From contig OY969706.1 of NCBI GenBank assembly GCA_963702095.1, forward strand, positions 160,001 to 224,000: a DNA stretch of 64,000 nucleotides, written 5' to 3'. Positions 1 through 8,938 of the stretch are shown here, piece by piece; positions within the stretch are counted from its first letter, which is position 1, and each line of letters begins with the position of its first letter. The notes beneath the pieces are model-generated. The model searched no databases and was not told the DNA's origin. It saw only the letters and a list, made by a program, of their open reading frames with translations. Made by a program: the position numbers and the translations under genes. This stretch comes from Candidatus Bathyarchaeota archaeon. GTDB lineage: Archaea; Thermoproteota; Bathyarchaeia; Bathyarchaeales; Bathycorpusculaceae.

Positions 1-11
1 GGACACATTTT

Positions 12-500
12 TTGCCCTCCAACCTTGAAGTCGCCTTGGAACTCGACAAGATAGCGGAGGAAAACGAAGGCGACCGCCGCAAAGCCCGCTTAATTGAGAT
101 GCGGCAAGAAGCCCTTGCCGTGATGCATCTTTTGAGTGCTTATTCGCCCCTGTTGATCGGCAGTGTCTGGCGTGGGACCATAAAGATGGGTAGCGACATC
201 GACGTCGCCGTCTACACCGACGATCCCCAAAATGTTCTAAGTGTGCTAAAATCTGGCGGAGTAAAAGTTACTCGGACCGCGTGGACAACGGTTAACAAGA
301 AAGGCGCCACTTTGGAGTCCTTCCACATCTACGCCCAAACCCCGGCGAAGCATGGGCTGGAAATCGTGGCGCGCAGTACAGAGGAAGCAGGTAAAAAACG
401 TCGATGTGAAACTTTTGGGGACGAAATCAAAGGGCTAACCATAAGGGAACTCGAAAAAACGTTGCAGACCAACCCGACGCAGCAGTTCATTCCACGGTAA
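12..500 (+). CDS. Nucleotidyltransferase-domain protein (MNT/pol-beta fold), probably 5'-truncated by window edge
   Basis: GS...SDIDV motif; frame stays open upstream to the window start. Confidence 0.75.
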   Translation: MPSNLEVALELDKIAEENEGDRRKARLIEMRQEALAVMHLLSAYSPLLIGSVWRGTIKMGSDIDVAVYTDDPQNVLSVLKSGGVKVTRTAWTTVNKKGATLESFHIYAQTPAKHGLEIVARSTEEAGKKRRCETFGDEIKGLTIRELEKTLQTNPTQQFIPR

Positions 501-571
501 GTCCGAAAAAACCGTTTTCTACATCAATAAAGAAAATAAACTACCGTTTCTAATTTTATTAATGATGGCTA

Positions 572-1048
572 ATGGCTATTGAGAAAAAATCCCTCAAAAA
601 AATGTTCCCCCATCTCTATGAAGAGTTAGAGTTAGGAGAAGCCAAAGTTCCAATTGATGCTGTTCGGAAGTCTCCTTTGGAAGCGGAGTTAGCAGCTGAA
701 GAAGTTGAAGAATGTGAATGCGACGAATGCCATGAACCCGCAGAGGAATGCACCCAGAATCCTGACAAACTGCGCCATTTCAACCCACAAGCAGTTGATT
801 TTCTTCGTCGATGCGACACTGAAGCGCAGGCGGAAGAGATCATTGCTTACTTGGAGAAGAAGGGTGAAATCACCAAGGAGTATGCTTCGGAGTTGCGGTG
901 TCAGCTTAAGCGGGATGGCGTTAGGAGTTTTGGCCCAAAAAAGAGGAGAACCATTACTTTCGGGAAGGCGGCATCTACTAACCGTCCGAATGAGGTCTTT
1001 CCAAGTTTATCCTGTTTTTGGCTTTTTTTGACGAAATCCCTTAATTAG
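572..1048 (+). CDS. DUF2095-family protein; likely true end at TAA 979-981 (one A missing in A-run 937-942)
   Basis: P..VDFLRRCDT..A.EII.YLEK.GEI motif; adding one A gives the family-like C-terminus FGPKKEENHYFREGGIY*. Confidence 0.7.
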   Translation: MAIEKKSLKKMFPHLYEELELGEAKVPIDAVRKSPLEAELAAEEVEECECDECHEPAEECTQNPDKLRHFNPQAVDFLRRCDTEAQAEEIIAYLEKKGEITKEYASELRCQLKRDGVRSFGPKKRRTITFGKAASTNRPNEVFPSLSCFWLFLTKSLN

Positions 1049-1079
1049 TTCGACAAATAGTCCTCTATTTGGGAAAATT

Positions 1080-1259
1080 ATGTGTGAATTCAACGTAATC
1101 TTAAACAGTAAAATCCAAATCAAAGACATAATCTACGCTAAAGCCGAAGAGGACAAAGTCGTGGTCAGAGATGTCATGGGCTCGGCTATGGAGTTCAAAG
1201 GCTGCAAAATCGTCGAAGTAGATGTAGCCAACGCACGGCTAGTGTTGGTTCAGGCATAA
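1080..1259 (+). CDS. cooT: CooT-family small nickel-binding protein (59 aa, below ORF-track cutoff)
   Basis: Manual translation MCEFNVILNSKIQIKDIIYAKAEEDKVVVRDVMGSAMEFKGCKIVEVDVANARLVLVQA; MC N-terminus and D..G / I.EVD motifs. Confidence 0.75.
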   Translation: MCEFNVILNSKIQIKDIIYAKAEEDKVVVRDVMGSAMEFKGCKIVEVDVANARLVLVQA

Positions 1260-1268
1260 GCTTAGAAT

Positions 1269-1430
1269 CCAAGTTGAGGCTAAGCCTGTTCAACTAACAA
1301 AGTTCAGCCATATGTTAACTGACCCGCAAAACAAACCCAATTGATATAATCGCAACAGATCCACTAAGCCAGTCAGTTAATGTTGACAACTGTTCTAAGC
1401 CTAGTTGATTCAGCTTGCTCCTCAACTTGG
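1269..1430. repeat. 162-bp nested imperfect inverted repeat
   Basis: CCAAGTTGAGG (1269-1279) / CCTCAACTTGG (1420-1430); TCAACTA / TAGTTGA; TTAACTGAC (1315-1323) / GTCAGTTAA (1372-1380). Confidence 0.75.
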
Positions 1431-1491
1431 TAATTAAAAAGTAATTTTTAGCCTTTATTTATGTTGTTTGTACTGTCTTGGCTCAAAAAGC

Positions 1492-1511
1492 TGCAGTGGA
1501 AACCGAGGGGT
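1492..1511 (+). promoter_or_regulatory. Candidate origin recognition box (ORB-like)
   Basis: TGCAGTGGAAACCGAGGGGT resembles the archaeal ORB (TCCAgtGGAAAC...GGGG); AT-rich tract 1431-1470 adjacent. Confidence 0.35.
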
Positions 1512-1704
1512 AAAGCATGAATCTATCTAAAAAACCATGGAAACCCAGCGCCTGAACGCTATCCATGTTGGGTATATAAGCAAACAAGCGCCAAACCGCA
1601 GATTCCAAGATGGGTTAATTGCTTTTTTGGCTTTATATATCAAAACGTTAACTAGTTAAATGAGCATGAGCCGTCGCCAGCGGTTTTGGTAAGGAACTAC
1701 CGAA

Positions 1705-2376
1705 ATGAGTAACCGGCAAAAATTTCAAAGCGACCTAGAACTTCTAATAGACAGGTTAACCTGTAATGCGTCACCTATCGTTGACCAGAAACTTACTCTC
1801 TTAAAAGATTGGCTCATAAAACTCCAACAAGAAAACATCGTAAAAATCAACCACTCCGTCATGGAGTTGGTCTGCGCCAAATACCTCCTCGAAAAAGACT
1901 ATGAAATCCAACTTGAATACCCCCTCAGCGAACTTTTAATCTGCGACTTATATGGCGTTAAAGGCTTAGGCAACCTCATCGTGGAAATAGAAACTGGCTT
2001 CATCCCACCTGATAACGCTTTGGCACCCCTAACCTACACCTCCGCGCGGTTAGCCAGCAAAATTGTCCGTTACAGCAGTTTCGCAGGCAAATTCGCTTTA
2101 GGTGTGCCTCCGCATTATATTTTGCCGTTTCCACAGGTTTTTGCTAAGCCTCCCCGTAACCGCACCGACCAAGAAATCGAGGTAATCAAAGCCCTAGTTG
2201 ACGCCTACTACCATAAACCCCCTGTTACTTTGGATGAAATCAGGAATGCCCGCATCCAAGAAATCTACATAATCGACGTTGACCGCGGCAAAGTACAGGA
2301 GGTCGACCCTGAAACCTACCTCAAGAGGGCAATGCAAAAAGGGGTCGTCTACGATTACCTAACACCTATGTGCTAG
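1705..2376 (+). CDS. Conserved archaeal hypothetical protein, possible PD-(D/E)xK nuclease fold
   Basis: EY.L...CDLYG...VEIETG pattern. Confidence 0.55.
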   Translation: MSNRQKFQSDLELLIDRLTCNASPIVDQKLTLLKDWLIKLQQENIVKINHSVMELVCAKYLLEKDYEIQLEYPLSELLICDLYGVKGLGNLIVEIETGFIPPDNALAPLTYTSARLASKIVRYSSFAGKFALGVPPHYILPFPQVFAKPPRNRTDQEIEVIKALVDAYYHKPPVTLDEIRNARIQEIYIIDVDRGKVQEVDPETYLKRAMQKGVVYDYLTPMC

Positions 2377-2390
2377 GAGCAAACGGGCAA

Positions 2391-2660
2391 ATGTCGTTTT
2401 ACGTTTACATCCTGCAATGCGTAGACGGAACCTACTATACAGGCTACACTAAAGACCTCGCCGAACGTACAAGGCAACATGAGAATGGCAAAGGCGCCAA
2501 ATACACCAAATCTCATCGCCCACAGAGAGTGGCGTATGTAGAACTTTTTGGCGCCCGAGGTGCAGCGATGAAGCGGGAACGGCAAATCAAAAAGCTGAGT
2601 CACCAGCAAAAGCTGGCGTTAATTATTTCTCAGGATAAAGGTCAACCACCCAAAAAATAA
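2391..2660 (+). CDS. GIY-YIG nuclease (UPF0213/YazA-like)
   Basis: YVYIL.C.DGTYYTGYT.DL..R..QH..GKGAKYT; A.KRE..IKKL. Confidence 0.9.
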   Translation: MSFYVYILQCVDGTYYTGYTKDLAERTRQHENGKGAKYTKSHRPQRVAYVELFGARGAAMKRERQIKKLSHQQKLALIISQDKGQPPKK

Positions 2661-2745
2661 GTAAAACATGCTTCCGAAAGATTTTTGACTATCTAATCAG
2701 GAAGGGCAAAACATCTCAAAAACTGCAGAAAGCATTGGTCCGCTT

Positions 2746-3981
2746 CTAAATCAGCAGCGTCAAGAATGCCCCGGTTAAAATTGGTATCAAAACATTGTCG
2801 TTGACTGGGAGGGGCAAAACTTCAATGGTCATCGCAAACGCAGCGCCCACCAACGCCAATGGTGGTGGAACAAAAAAGCTCCCGGCTAAAAACGCGAAGA
2901 AGAATCCTGCGAGGGAGCCTTCCCATGTTTTGCCCTTGTTAAATGGCAGAGAGGTTGAGATTGTCCCGCCGAACAAAGATGCGGTGCTGTCGCCTAAGCA
3001 GAACATGGCTATGGCTGCACTGCCTGCGTGCGTAGGAAACAGAAGCAGGGTTGCCACTATGCCGAAGGCGAAGTAGAGGGGGGCAGCGGCGAAACCAAAA
3101 AGTTCTGACTGCGAGGCCGCATGGCTGGTTACTGCGGAGACAACGGGTATGGTGCGTCCTTCTAGGCGAAAGAGTTCGGAGACTGTGTAGATGATGGCTA
3201 TTATGGTTATGATGATTGCCACGGCTGGGATACTGATCATGCCTGCGATGACGGGCATAAAGAAGCCTGCTGCATGGATGTCTTCTCGCACTAAGTCGTT
3301 GGCACTGGGAAAGGTGCGTTTGTGGGGTTTGCCGTCGATGATGGGCAGTATGCCTAAGAGTTTACCGTTAACAACCCTGTCCGCAACCACCCTTATCACG
3401 AAGTCAGCGTTGAACCCGATTTTTAATGCACCCGGAAGAAAAATACAGCGGTTGTTTCTGTCGTCGCCCACTACAACGCAGTCTCCCACCAGAAGCCTTT
3501 CACGGTTTAGGATTTCGCAGAGAATCGATAGTTTACCGTTTTTGGCTATGGCGTCGCCGCTGATTTGACCTGTTAAGCGCCCGTCTTTTTGTTCTACTTC
3601 GATGCCGTAAGCGTAGTCGGCGCCTACGCATTCAGCTAATTTCTTGACTAGAATCGTCGGTAACCCCGAGGTGATAAGGGCTGTTTTGCAGTTGCGTGCT
3701 TTAAGCTGCATGAAAAGGTTCTGCAGAAACGGCGTTGCAGGTATCTTGTTAAAAACCTTGACCATATCGTCGACTTTGACGCCTTTTAAGTCGCCGTAGA
3801 TGTGTCGCAGCGTAGATTCAAGCTTAAGAATGCCTGCTTCATAGAGGAAACCGAAGAAAAGCAGCTTAATCAACATAAAGAAACCCAAAGTTTTGCCCAT
3901 TTCAAATAAGAAGCGATTTTTGGGAATCAACACTCCTTCAACGTCGAAAACGACAAGCCTATGCTTCTCCTTATGAGCCAT
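2746..3981 (-). CDS. Fusion: HAD (SerB-like) domain plus CTP-dependent dolichol/phytol/DAG-kinase-like membrane domain
   Basis: N-terminal VVFDVEGVL, ITSG and GDDRNN; C-terminal GDSTASLFG...KTWEGSLAGF...DNVLIP with multiple TM helices. Confidence 0.75.
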   Translation of the reverse strand: MAHKEKHRLVVFDVEGVLIPKNRFLFEMGKTLGFFMLIKLLFFGFLYEAGILKLESTLRHIYGDLKGVKVDDMVKVFNKIPATPFLQNLFMQLKARNCKTALITSGLPTILVKKLAECVGADYAYGIEVEQKDGRLTGQISGDAIAKNGKLSILCEILNRERLLVGDCVVVGDDRNNRCIFLPGALKIGFNADFVIRVVADRVVNGKLLGILPIIDGKPHKRTFPSANDLVREDIHAAGFFMPVIAGMISIPAVAIIITIIAIIYTVSELFRLEGRTIPVVSAVTSHAASQSELFGFAAAPLYFAFGIVATLLLFPTHAGSAAIAMFCLGDSTASLFGGTISTSLPFNKGKTWEGSLAGFFFAFLAGSFFVPPPLALVGAAFAMTIEVLPLPVNDNVLIPILTGAFLTLLI

Positions 3982-4041
3982 TATCTGCTTGACACTCACA
4001 GAAACTGTTTTGGTAAGAAGGAGGGCTTACTTAGAAATAAA

Positions 4042-5388
4042 TTATGCTGTTGACGTGCAGCCGTGTTCTTTGTTTTGGAGTTCAAGGGGACATCCGCCGC
4101 CGCAGACCTGCAACTCCCCGCAGTCCCTGCATTTCTCCTCCACGTAAGCGCGGCTCCGCAATTTGATGGCAAGGGGGTTGTTCCAGATTTTATCCCAGGG
4201 CTCGGTTAATATGTTGCCGAGGCTTTCGAAGTAGCTTTGGCAGGGGTACACGTCGCCGTTGGGGCCGACGCAGGCGTTTATCATGGCGGCAGTGCAGCTT
4301 TTGATGCCTAAACCAAGTTGGACAGGGTCGAATTCGCAGTACTGGGTAGGCGTATACCAGAGGAATTTGAGGTCAAGCATGTTGGCTTTGTCGCGGACCT
4401 GCGGCAGAAGCGTCTTCAACTCTTCAACTGAGAGCGCGAACTCGTTGCTTGCCGCTGGGGCTTTGCCGCTGTAGATGAGGCTGTTGCAGCCAAACGCATC
4501 CACACCCAACTCTTTAATGTAGTCTATGGTTGTTAAGAAGTCGGCGGCATTGTACTTGCTAAGCGTCGTGTTAGTGGAAACGTAAATCTCTGAGTGCACA
4601 GCGTTTTTTATGCCCATAACGGTTTCTTTCCAACTGCCCTCAGCTTTAGTCATTGCATCATGCACCTGAGGCTTATGGGATTCAAGCGTAATCTGCACGA
4701 AGTCCAGCCCCGCCTTCTCCAGCGCATCCACGTAGGCTTTGTCTTTGAGGCGTCGCCCATTGGTGATTAAGCCCGAGACCATGCCTTTGTTTTGGGTATA
4801 CTGGAGCAGTTCAGAAAGGTCATCGCGGACGGTAGGTTCGCCGCCTGTGAATGTTAAGATGAAGACGCCTATGCTGCTTAGTTTGTCGATTACCGTTTTC
4901 CACTGTGCGGTGGTGAGTTCGGGGGTTTCATGTGGTCCGCCGGCGTAGCAGTGGACGCAGTTGTTTTGGCATCGGAAAGTCAACGCCATATCCATGCGCA
5001 GTGGCGCCGAGTACTGGTGGCTGAAAGGTTCTGCTTTTTCGATTTCGAGATAGGTGACGGGGTCGATTTTCTGTGTTTGCGCCAACGTGCTGATGGTGTA
5101 GACGAGGCGTTGGTAATCCATTTTTGCCTCTTCAGCTTTAACTCGGTACATGCGGCGGATTTTGGCGACCGCCTCTTTCTCGGGCAGCCCCTGCATGAAG
5201 TAGTAGGCGTAAGCGGTTGCAGTCTGGTTTAGGTGCAAGACGTTGTTGCCGTTGATGACCATGACGCCTTGCCCGCCCTCTTCAATGCGCAACTGCAGCG
5301 ACATCCCCGCAAACTCGTCTGTTCCACGGTAACTGTAGCGTCCAGTGGGAACCGTCTGTTTTTTACCTAAGTGTTTTAGGAAACTCAT
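4042..5388 (-). CDS. Radical SAM/SPASM enzyme with N-terminal PqqD/RRE-like domain
   Basis: CQNNCVHC; GGEP; SPASM C...GDVYPC...GNI...CRDC...CGGGC; N-terminal LHLNQTA plus three-helix RRE-like segment. Confidence 0.85.
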   Translation of the reverse strand: MSFLKHLGKKQTVPTGRYSYRGTDEFAGMSLQLRIEEGGQGVMVINGNNVLHLNQTATAYAYYFMQGLPEKEAVAKIRRMYRVKAEEAKMDYQRLVYTISTLAQTQKIDPVTYLEIEKAEPFSHQYSAPLRMDMALTFRCQNNCVHCYAGGPHETPELTTAQWKTVIDKLSSIGVFILTFTGGEPTVRDDLSELLQYTQNKGMVSGLITNGRRLKDKAYVDALEKAGLDFVQITLESHKPQVHDAMTKAEGSWKETVMGIKNAVHSEIYVSTNTTLSKYNAADFLTTIDYIKELGVDAFGCNSLIYSGKAPAASNEFALSVEELKTLLPQVRDKANMLDLKFLWYTPTQYCEFDPVQLGLGIKSCTAAMINACVGPNGDVYPCQSYFESLGNILTEPWDKIWNNPLAIKLRSRAYVEEKCRDCGELQVCGGGCPLELQNKEHGCTSTA

Positions 5389-7023
5389 TTAGTGTCCTCC
5401 TCCTCCCGCACACGCGCAAGCACAGGATACGCAGGCGCAGGCACAAGCACACGCGGCGCAAGCGCAGACGCAGCCTTCTTTGTGTGGAGCTGGTTGGTGG
5501 CTGGTTTTAGGCGGCGGAGGAACGATGGAGTTGGCGAATTTTTCGAGGTTGACGACGACGTTGTTGGCGGTGCCTTCGACTGCGGTGGCGATGTTGTTGG
5601 CGAATTCGGCGCCTGGAATCGCCATGGGTTTAGGCGACTGTGCGGGTGCGGATATGTTGGGTGAATATGCGGGGTGGGGGTGATAGATGGTGTAGCCGTA
5701 CCACCACCAGAACCACATGGGCTGTGGCTGGAAGGGTCGGTTTTGGAAGGTGGTTTCGGTTCTGCTACGCTGGTTAGGATCCATCATCAGCCACAGAAGC
5801 TGCTCGTCGTAGGCGTTTGAAGCTAACTCGAGGGTGCCCGCCTGCTCCACCTGCGTCCAAGCCTTCGCCACAATCCGCCGGTAATAATCCACCGTATCCT
5901 TGCGGCTGTAGCCCTCCAACTTCTGCTCCACCGTGTCACGGAGAAACATGACGGTGTGCGCCAACTTTGCCTCGTCGAGGCTGCCGTCTTCTTTGAGGGA
6001 GTGCAAAAAGTCGATTTCGTAGTAGCGCAGGGGGTTCTCTTTGGTGCCGACTTTGTCTTCGTAGGGCGGCAGCACCTTAAGTTTAAGCGAGGGCTTGGTT
6101 TCTGTTGCCCACACCGCACGTTTCTGCAGTAGGCTGTAGAGGATTTCAGTGACGACTTGCGTGGGTTTGAGGTCAAGGAGGTAGGAGGCTTCGACTGCGG
6201 TTAAGCCGCGTTTGACGCCTAAGGTTTCCATGCTGACTTTGGGGGACTGGTAGTTGCTCTTGCTCTTGCGGAAAACCCACACGATAATGAACAGGAAAAA
6301 GATGACTGCCGCAAATACGCCTGTGACTGCAATGGTTTCTCCCCAACCGCCGAAGCCGCCTCCGCTGGGTGGAGTATAATTGGGCAGGGCACTGGAGGGA
6401 AAAGACACACCCAAGATTACCTGATCGTTTGGTCCAATGGAGCCGAGCCCCCAATAAACCGCTAGCCTGCCCTCGACGGTGGAGGTACCGTTGTAGTAGT
6501 TCTGGGTCGTTTTCACATCATTAGTCGAAACACCCGGAGGCAATACAATCTGTACTCGCACATCGTTAATGGGTTGATCCGATATCCACTGCGGCGCAAA
6601 TTCCATGCCATAGTTGCCGGGGTTGGTGGTGTCGTTGCTTATCATACCGCCGACGTTGGTGGTGACTTGGAACCAGACGGATTGCCCAGCGGAGAGGGGC
6701 TGATTTAGGGTTACGTCGACTCGGTAGTCGCTTCCACTGCTTGCGTCGGTGACTTGGAGGTTGTTGCCATACTGGTCTGTTGCTTGCCCGATGGTGAAGT
6801 CGCTGTTGGGTTGCCCCACATAGAACCCGTGCATCGTCCCCTGCGATACAGAGACCGAGATGTTGTAGATTAGATCCACGGTGCCATCTTGGTTTATGAA
6901 GAGTTGCGCCCACTCATGGTCAACACTGTACACCAAACTCTGAGCTTGGGCACCCCCGACAGCGGAAAGAGCCACTGCCAAAACCAACACAGCAGCCAAA
7001 ACAAGGGGCAGACGCTTTACCAT
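5389..7023 (-). CDS. Single-pass membrane protein (DUF2207-like ectodomain) with C-terminal Cys-Ala repeat tail
   Basis: Signal peptide, beta-rich domain, TM around aa 230-252, tail CVCACAACACACACVSCACACAGGGGH. Confidence 0.8.
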   Translation of the reverse strand: MVKRLPLVLAAVLVLAVALSAVGGAQAQSLVYSVDHEWAQLFINQDGTVDLIYNISVSVSQGTMHGFYVGQPNSDFTIGQATDQYGNNLQVTDASSGSDYRVDVTLNQPLSAGQSVWFQVTTNVGGMISNDTTNPGNYGMEFAPQWISDQPINDVRVQIVLPPGVSTNDVKTTQNYYNGTSTVEGRLAVYWGLGSIGPNDQVILGVSFPSSALPNYTPPSGGGFGGWGETIAVTGVFAAVIFFLFIIVWVFRKSKSNYQSPKVSMETLGVKRGLTAVEASYLLDLKPTQVVTEILYSLLQKRAVWATETKPSLKLKVLPPYEDKVGTKENPLRYYEIDFLHSLKEDGSLDEAKLAHTVMFLRDTVEQKLEGYSRKDTVDYYRRIVAKAWTQVEQAGTLELASNAYDEQLLWLMMDPNQRSRTETTFQNRPFQPQPMWFWWWYGYTIYHPHPAYSPNISAPAQSPKPMAIPGAEFANNIATAVEGTANNVVVNLEKFANSIVPPPPKTSHQPAPHKEGCVCACAACACACACVSCACACAGGGGH

Positions 7024-7370
7024 TTCGGTTCCTCAGCTACCTCAAAAGTTGTCCCGCAATAGGGGCACTTAACATATGGGACGCCTTGCATAATTTTTAT
7101 TTGGTCGGCGTTGATGGATGCACCGCAGTTTGGGCATTTAATCTGCGCTGCTTTCATCTGCCCCGACATCTCCAACTGCTGAACTACAGTTTTGGGTCTA
7201 CGGTTAAGGTACCAGACCCCGGCAACCACGGCTATGCCGACGACAAAGAGGATGCCGCTGACCGCCAACCTCGAAGTGGTTGCCTGCACAGAAGCGGCTA
7301 ATCCAAAGATTACTGCGAAGAAGAAGCAAATTACCGCGATTATGCCGCCGATTACAGTGATTATCTTCAT
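7017..7370 (-). CDS. Two-TM membrane protein with C-terminal zinc ribbon
   Basis: CPNC...CPYC; stop overlaps the ATG of the next gene. Confidence 0.8.
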   Translation of the reverse strand: MKIITVIGGIIAVICFFFAVIFGLAASVQATTSRLAVSGILFVVGIAVVAGVWYLNRRPKTVVQQLEMSGQMKAAQIKCPNCGASINADQIKIMQGVPYVKCPYCGTTFEVAEEPKW

Positions 7371-7460
7371 AATTGTTGCAGTGTAGGGCTAAAAGATTTA
7401 AAGTTAATGCTACTGCCCTTCGCTGCCTTAAGCTACGCTTACTTGTAAAAGCAGAAATAG

Positions 7461-7703
7461 TTACTCTACGTGGTGGCCGACGACGTCTTTGCCGTGGAAT
7501 TCGCTGTGTTCTTGGCGCAGATGTTCCAGATGCACACCGTGCAGATGCGCATCAACCGCCTCTTTAACGGTGAATGTTTTGCCGCATTCCGGGCACATAA
7601 ACGTTTTCTCGTTAACTTTGATTGCTGCGGTGTCGTGGCCGGGTGTATGTTTAGGTTCGCCGGACACTTCTTTATTTGGGTTATTTTGCTCCATAGAAGC
7701 CAT
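7461..7703 (-). CDS. C2H2 zinc-finger protein
   Basis: F.CPECGKTF.....L..H....H pattern (CPECGKTFTVKEAVDAHLHGVH). Confidence 0.7.
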   Translation of the reverse strand: MASMEQNNPNKEVSGEPKHTPGHDTAAIKVNEKTFMCPECGKTFTVKEAVDAHLHGVHLEHLRQEHSEFHGKDVVGHHVE

Positions 7704-7794
7704 AACAATAAACCTCCACTAAACAGCCCGCTACCCAAGAGTATTAACGTATGTGATAGCCACCCTACAGCCACATACGCAGGCACCAGTAGCG

Positions 7795-8133
7795 TTATAC
7801 GTCGAGGCTATGAATCTTCTTTAACAGCGATTTGCACTCTTCCAGCCCCTTCTTAGTTATCTCCACCACCTGATGGCTACCGCCCCATGATTTAACCGAG
7901 CGAATCTCAACCAATCCAGACGCCTCCAACTTCGAGATGTGATTCTCCAAACTGCCCTTACCCAACCCCACCAACGCACGCAACTCTGAAGCCTTCAACT
8001 TCTTGTTCATAGCAAGCAAAATCAAAATCAGTATACGCGTCGAAGATTTGAGGCTGGGGTCGCTTAGCTGCCTATTTAATGATTTAATGGCATCTATACT
8101 GGGAGCCCCGGTGGGTTTGCCGTCGACATTCAA
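7795..8133 (-). CDS. Winged-helix transcriptional regulator (ArsR/MarR-like)
   Basis: R..IL..L...EL....L.KGSLENHISKLE..GLV...IT.KG. Confidence 0.85.
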   Translation of the reverse strand: MNVDGKPTGAPSIDAIKSLNRQLSDPSLKSSTRILILILLAMNKKLKASELRALVGLGKGSLENHISKLEASGLVEIRSVKSWGGSHQVVEITKKGLEECKSLLKKIHSLDV

Positions 8134-8792
8134 TCTGGATGGTCCTCCGGCGGTTTAGGCGGTTTCTGCCTGTAACCATAGGCAGCGGCGACTAGCGAAA
8201 CAGCAATCATTAGTATCCAAAGTGTAGGCGCAACTCTATCTTGTAGTAGGAAAAATGTAAGGTTGCCAAGTGCACAGAAAGCATACGTTGCCAGGACAGC
8301 TATGCCTTCGCGGGGTAGCCGTTCTGGGAAAGATACTTTTAAGCTAAAATAGAAGGGACCCACTGAGGTTGCCAATACTCCATAGAGGACTACCACAGCA
8401 ATAGGGCGAAGAAAAATGATTGCGACGATAATCGGCAGATAGTATGCTAACCAAAGTACAGCCACCCATGAAGGCCTAAACAGCTTAGCCCAAATCGAAT
8501 CCGCGATTTCTCGGCGAACAAGCATAGCATCATATGCCTTCTTGAAAACCCAAGTGGCGACAGCAACCCCAAAGATGCTTACGGAGGTGTTGAAGACAAG
8601 CGGGACGAATAAATTATAATCAGACGAAAGGTTATGGAACAAAATATCGAACAAAAGGATCAATGAAATTTCAGTGGCCAAAACAGCATAGCATAACCCC
8701 CAAGCCCGCCTCAGAATATACTGTTCTAATATGAGGGCTCTTTTCGCTATCTGTCTAACTTGCTCTTGGGAGACTGCTTTATCCTCAACCAC
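8130..8792 (-). CDS. Multi-TM hypothetical membrane protein
   Basis: About six hydrophobic segments; overlaps the start of the regulator. Confidence 0.7.
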   Translation of the reverse strand: MVEDKAVSQEQVRQIAKRALILEQYILRRAWGLCYAVLATEISLILLFDILFHNLSSDYNLFVPLVFNTSVSIFGVAVATWVFKKAYDAMLVRREIADSIWAKLFRPSWVAVLWLAYYLPIIVAIIFLRPIAVVVLYGVLATSVGPFYFSLKVSFPERLPREGIAVLATYAFCALGNLTFFLLQDRVAPTLWILMIAVSLVAAAYGYRQKPPKPPEDHPD

Positions 8793-8851
8793 ATTTCTTC
8801 CCTTAAGGTTTATCTCTCTGTGTTACACACTCTTTTGACCTTTGTCTTGTT

Positions 8852-8868
8852 GGTACAAAATTTGTACC
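8852..8868. promoter_or_regulatory. Perfect 8-1-8 palindrome, putative operator in divergent promoter
   Basis: GGTACAAA-A-TTTGTACC between divergent genes at 8792 and 8939. Confidence 0.5.
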
Positions 8869-8938
8869 TGTGCAACCTTATTTATGATACATCCACTAAT
8901 ACTAGGCAGAAAACGGCTCATTTATAAAAGGTAATCGC

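Noticed and set aside
5389-5472. Cys-Ala tail as a microsatellite or phase-variation tract
   Set aside because: Codons vary synonymously (TGC/TGT; GCG/GCT/GCC), so it is not a slippage repeat
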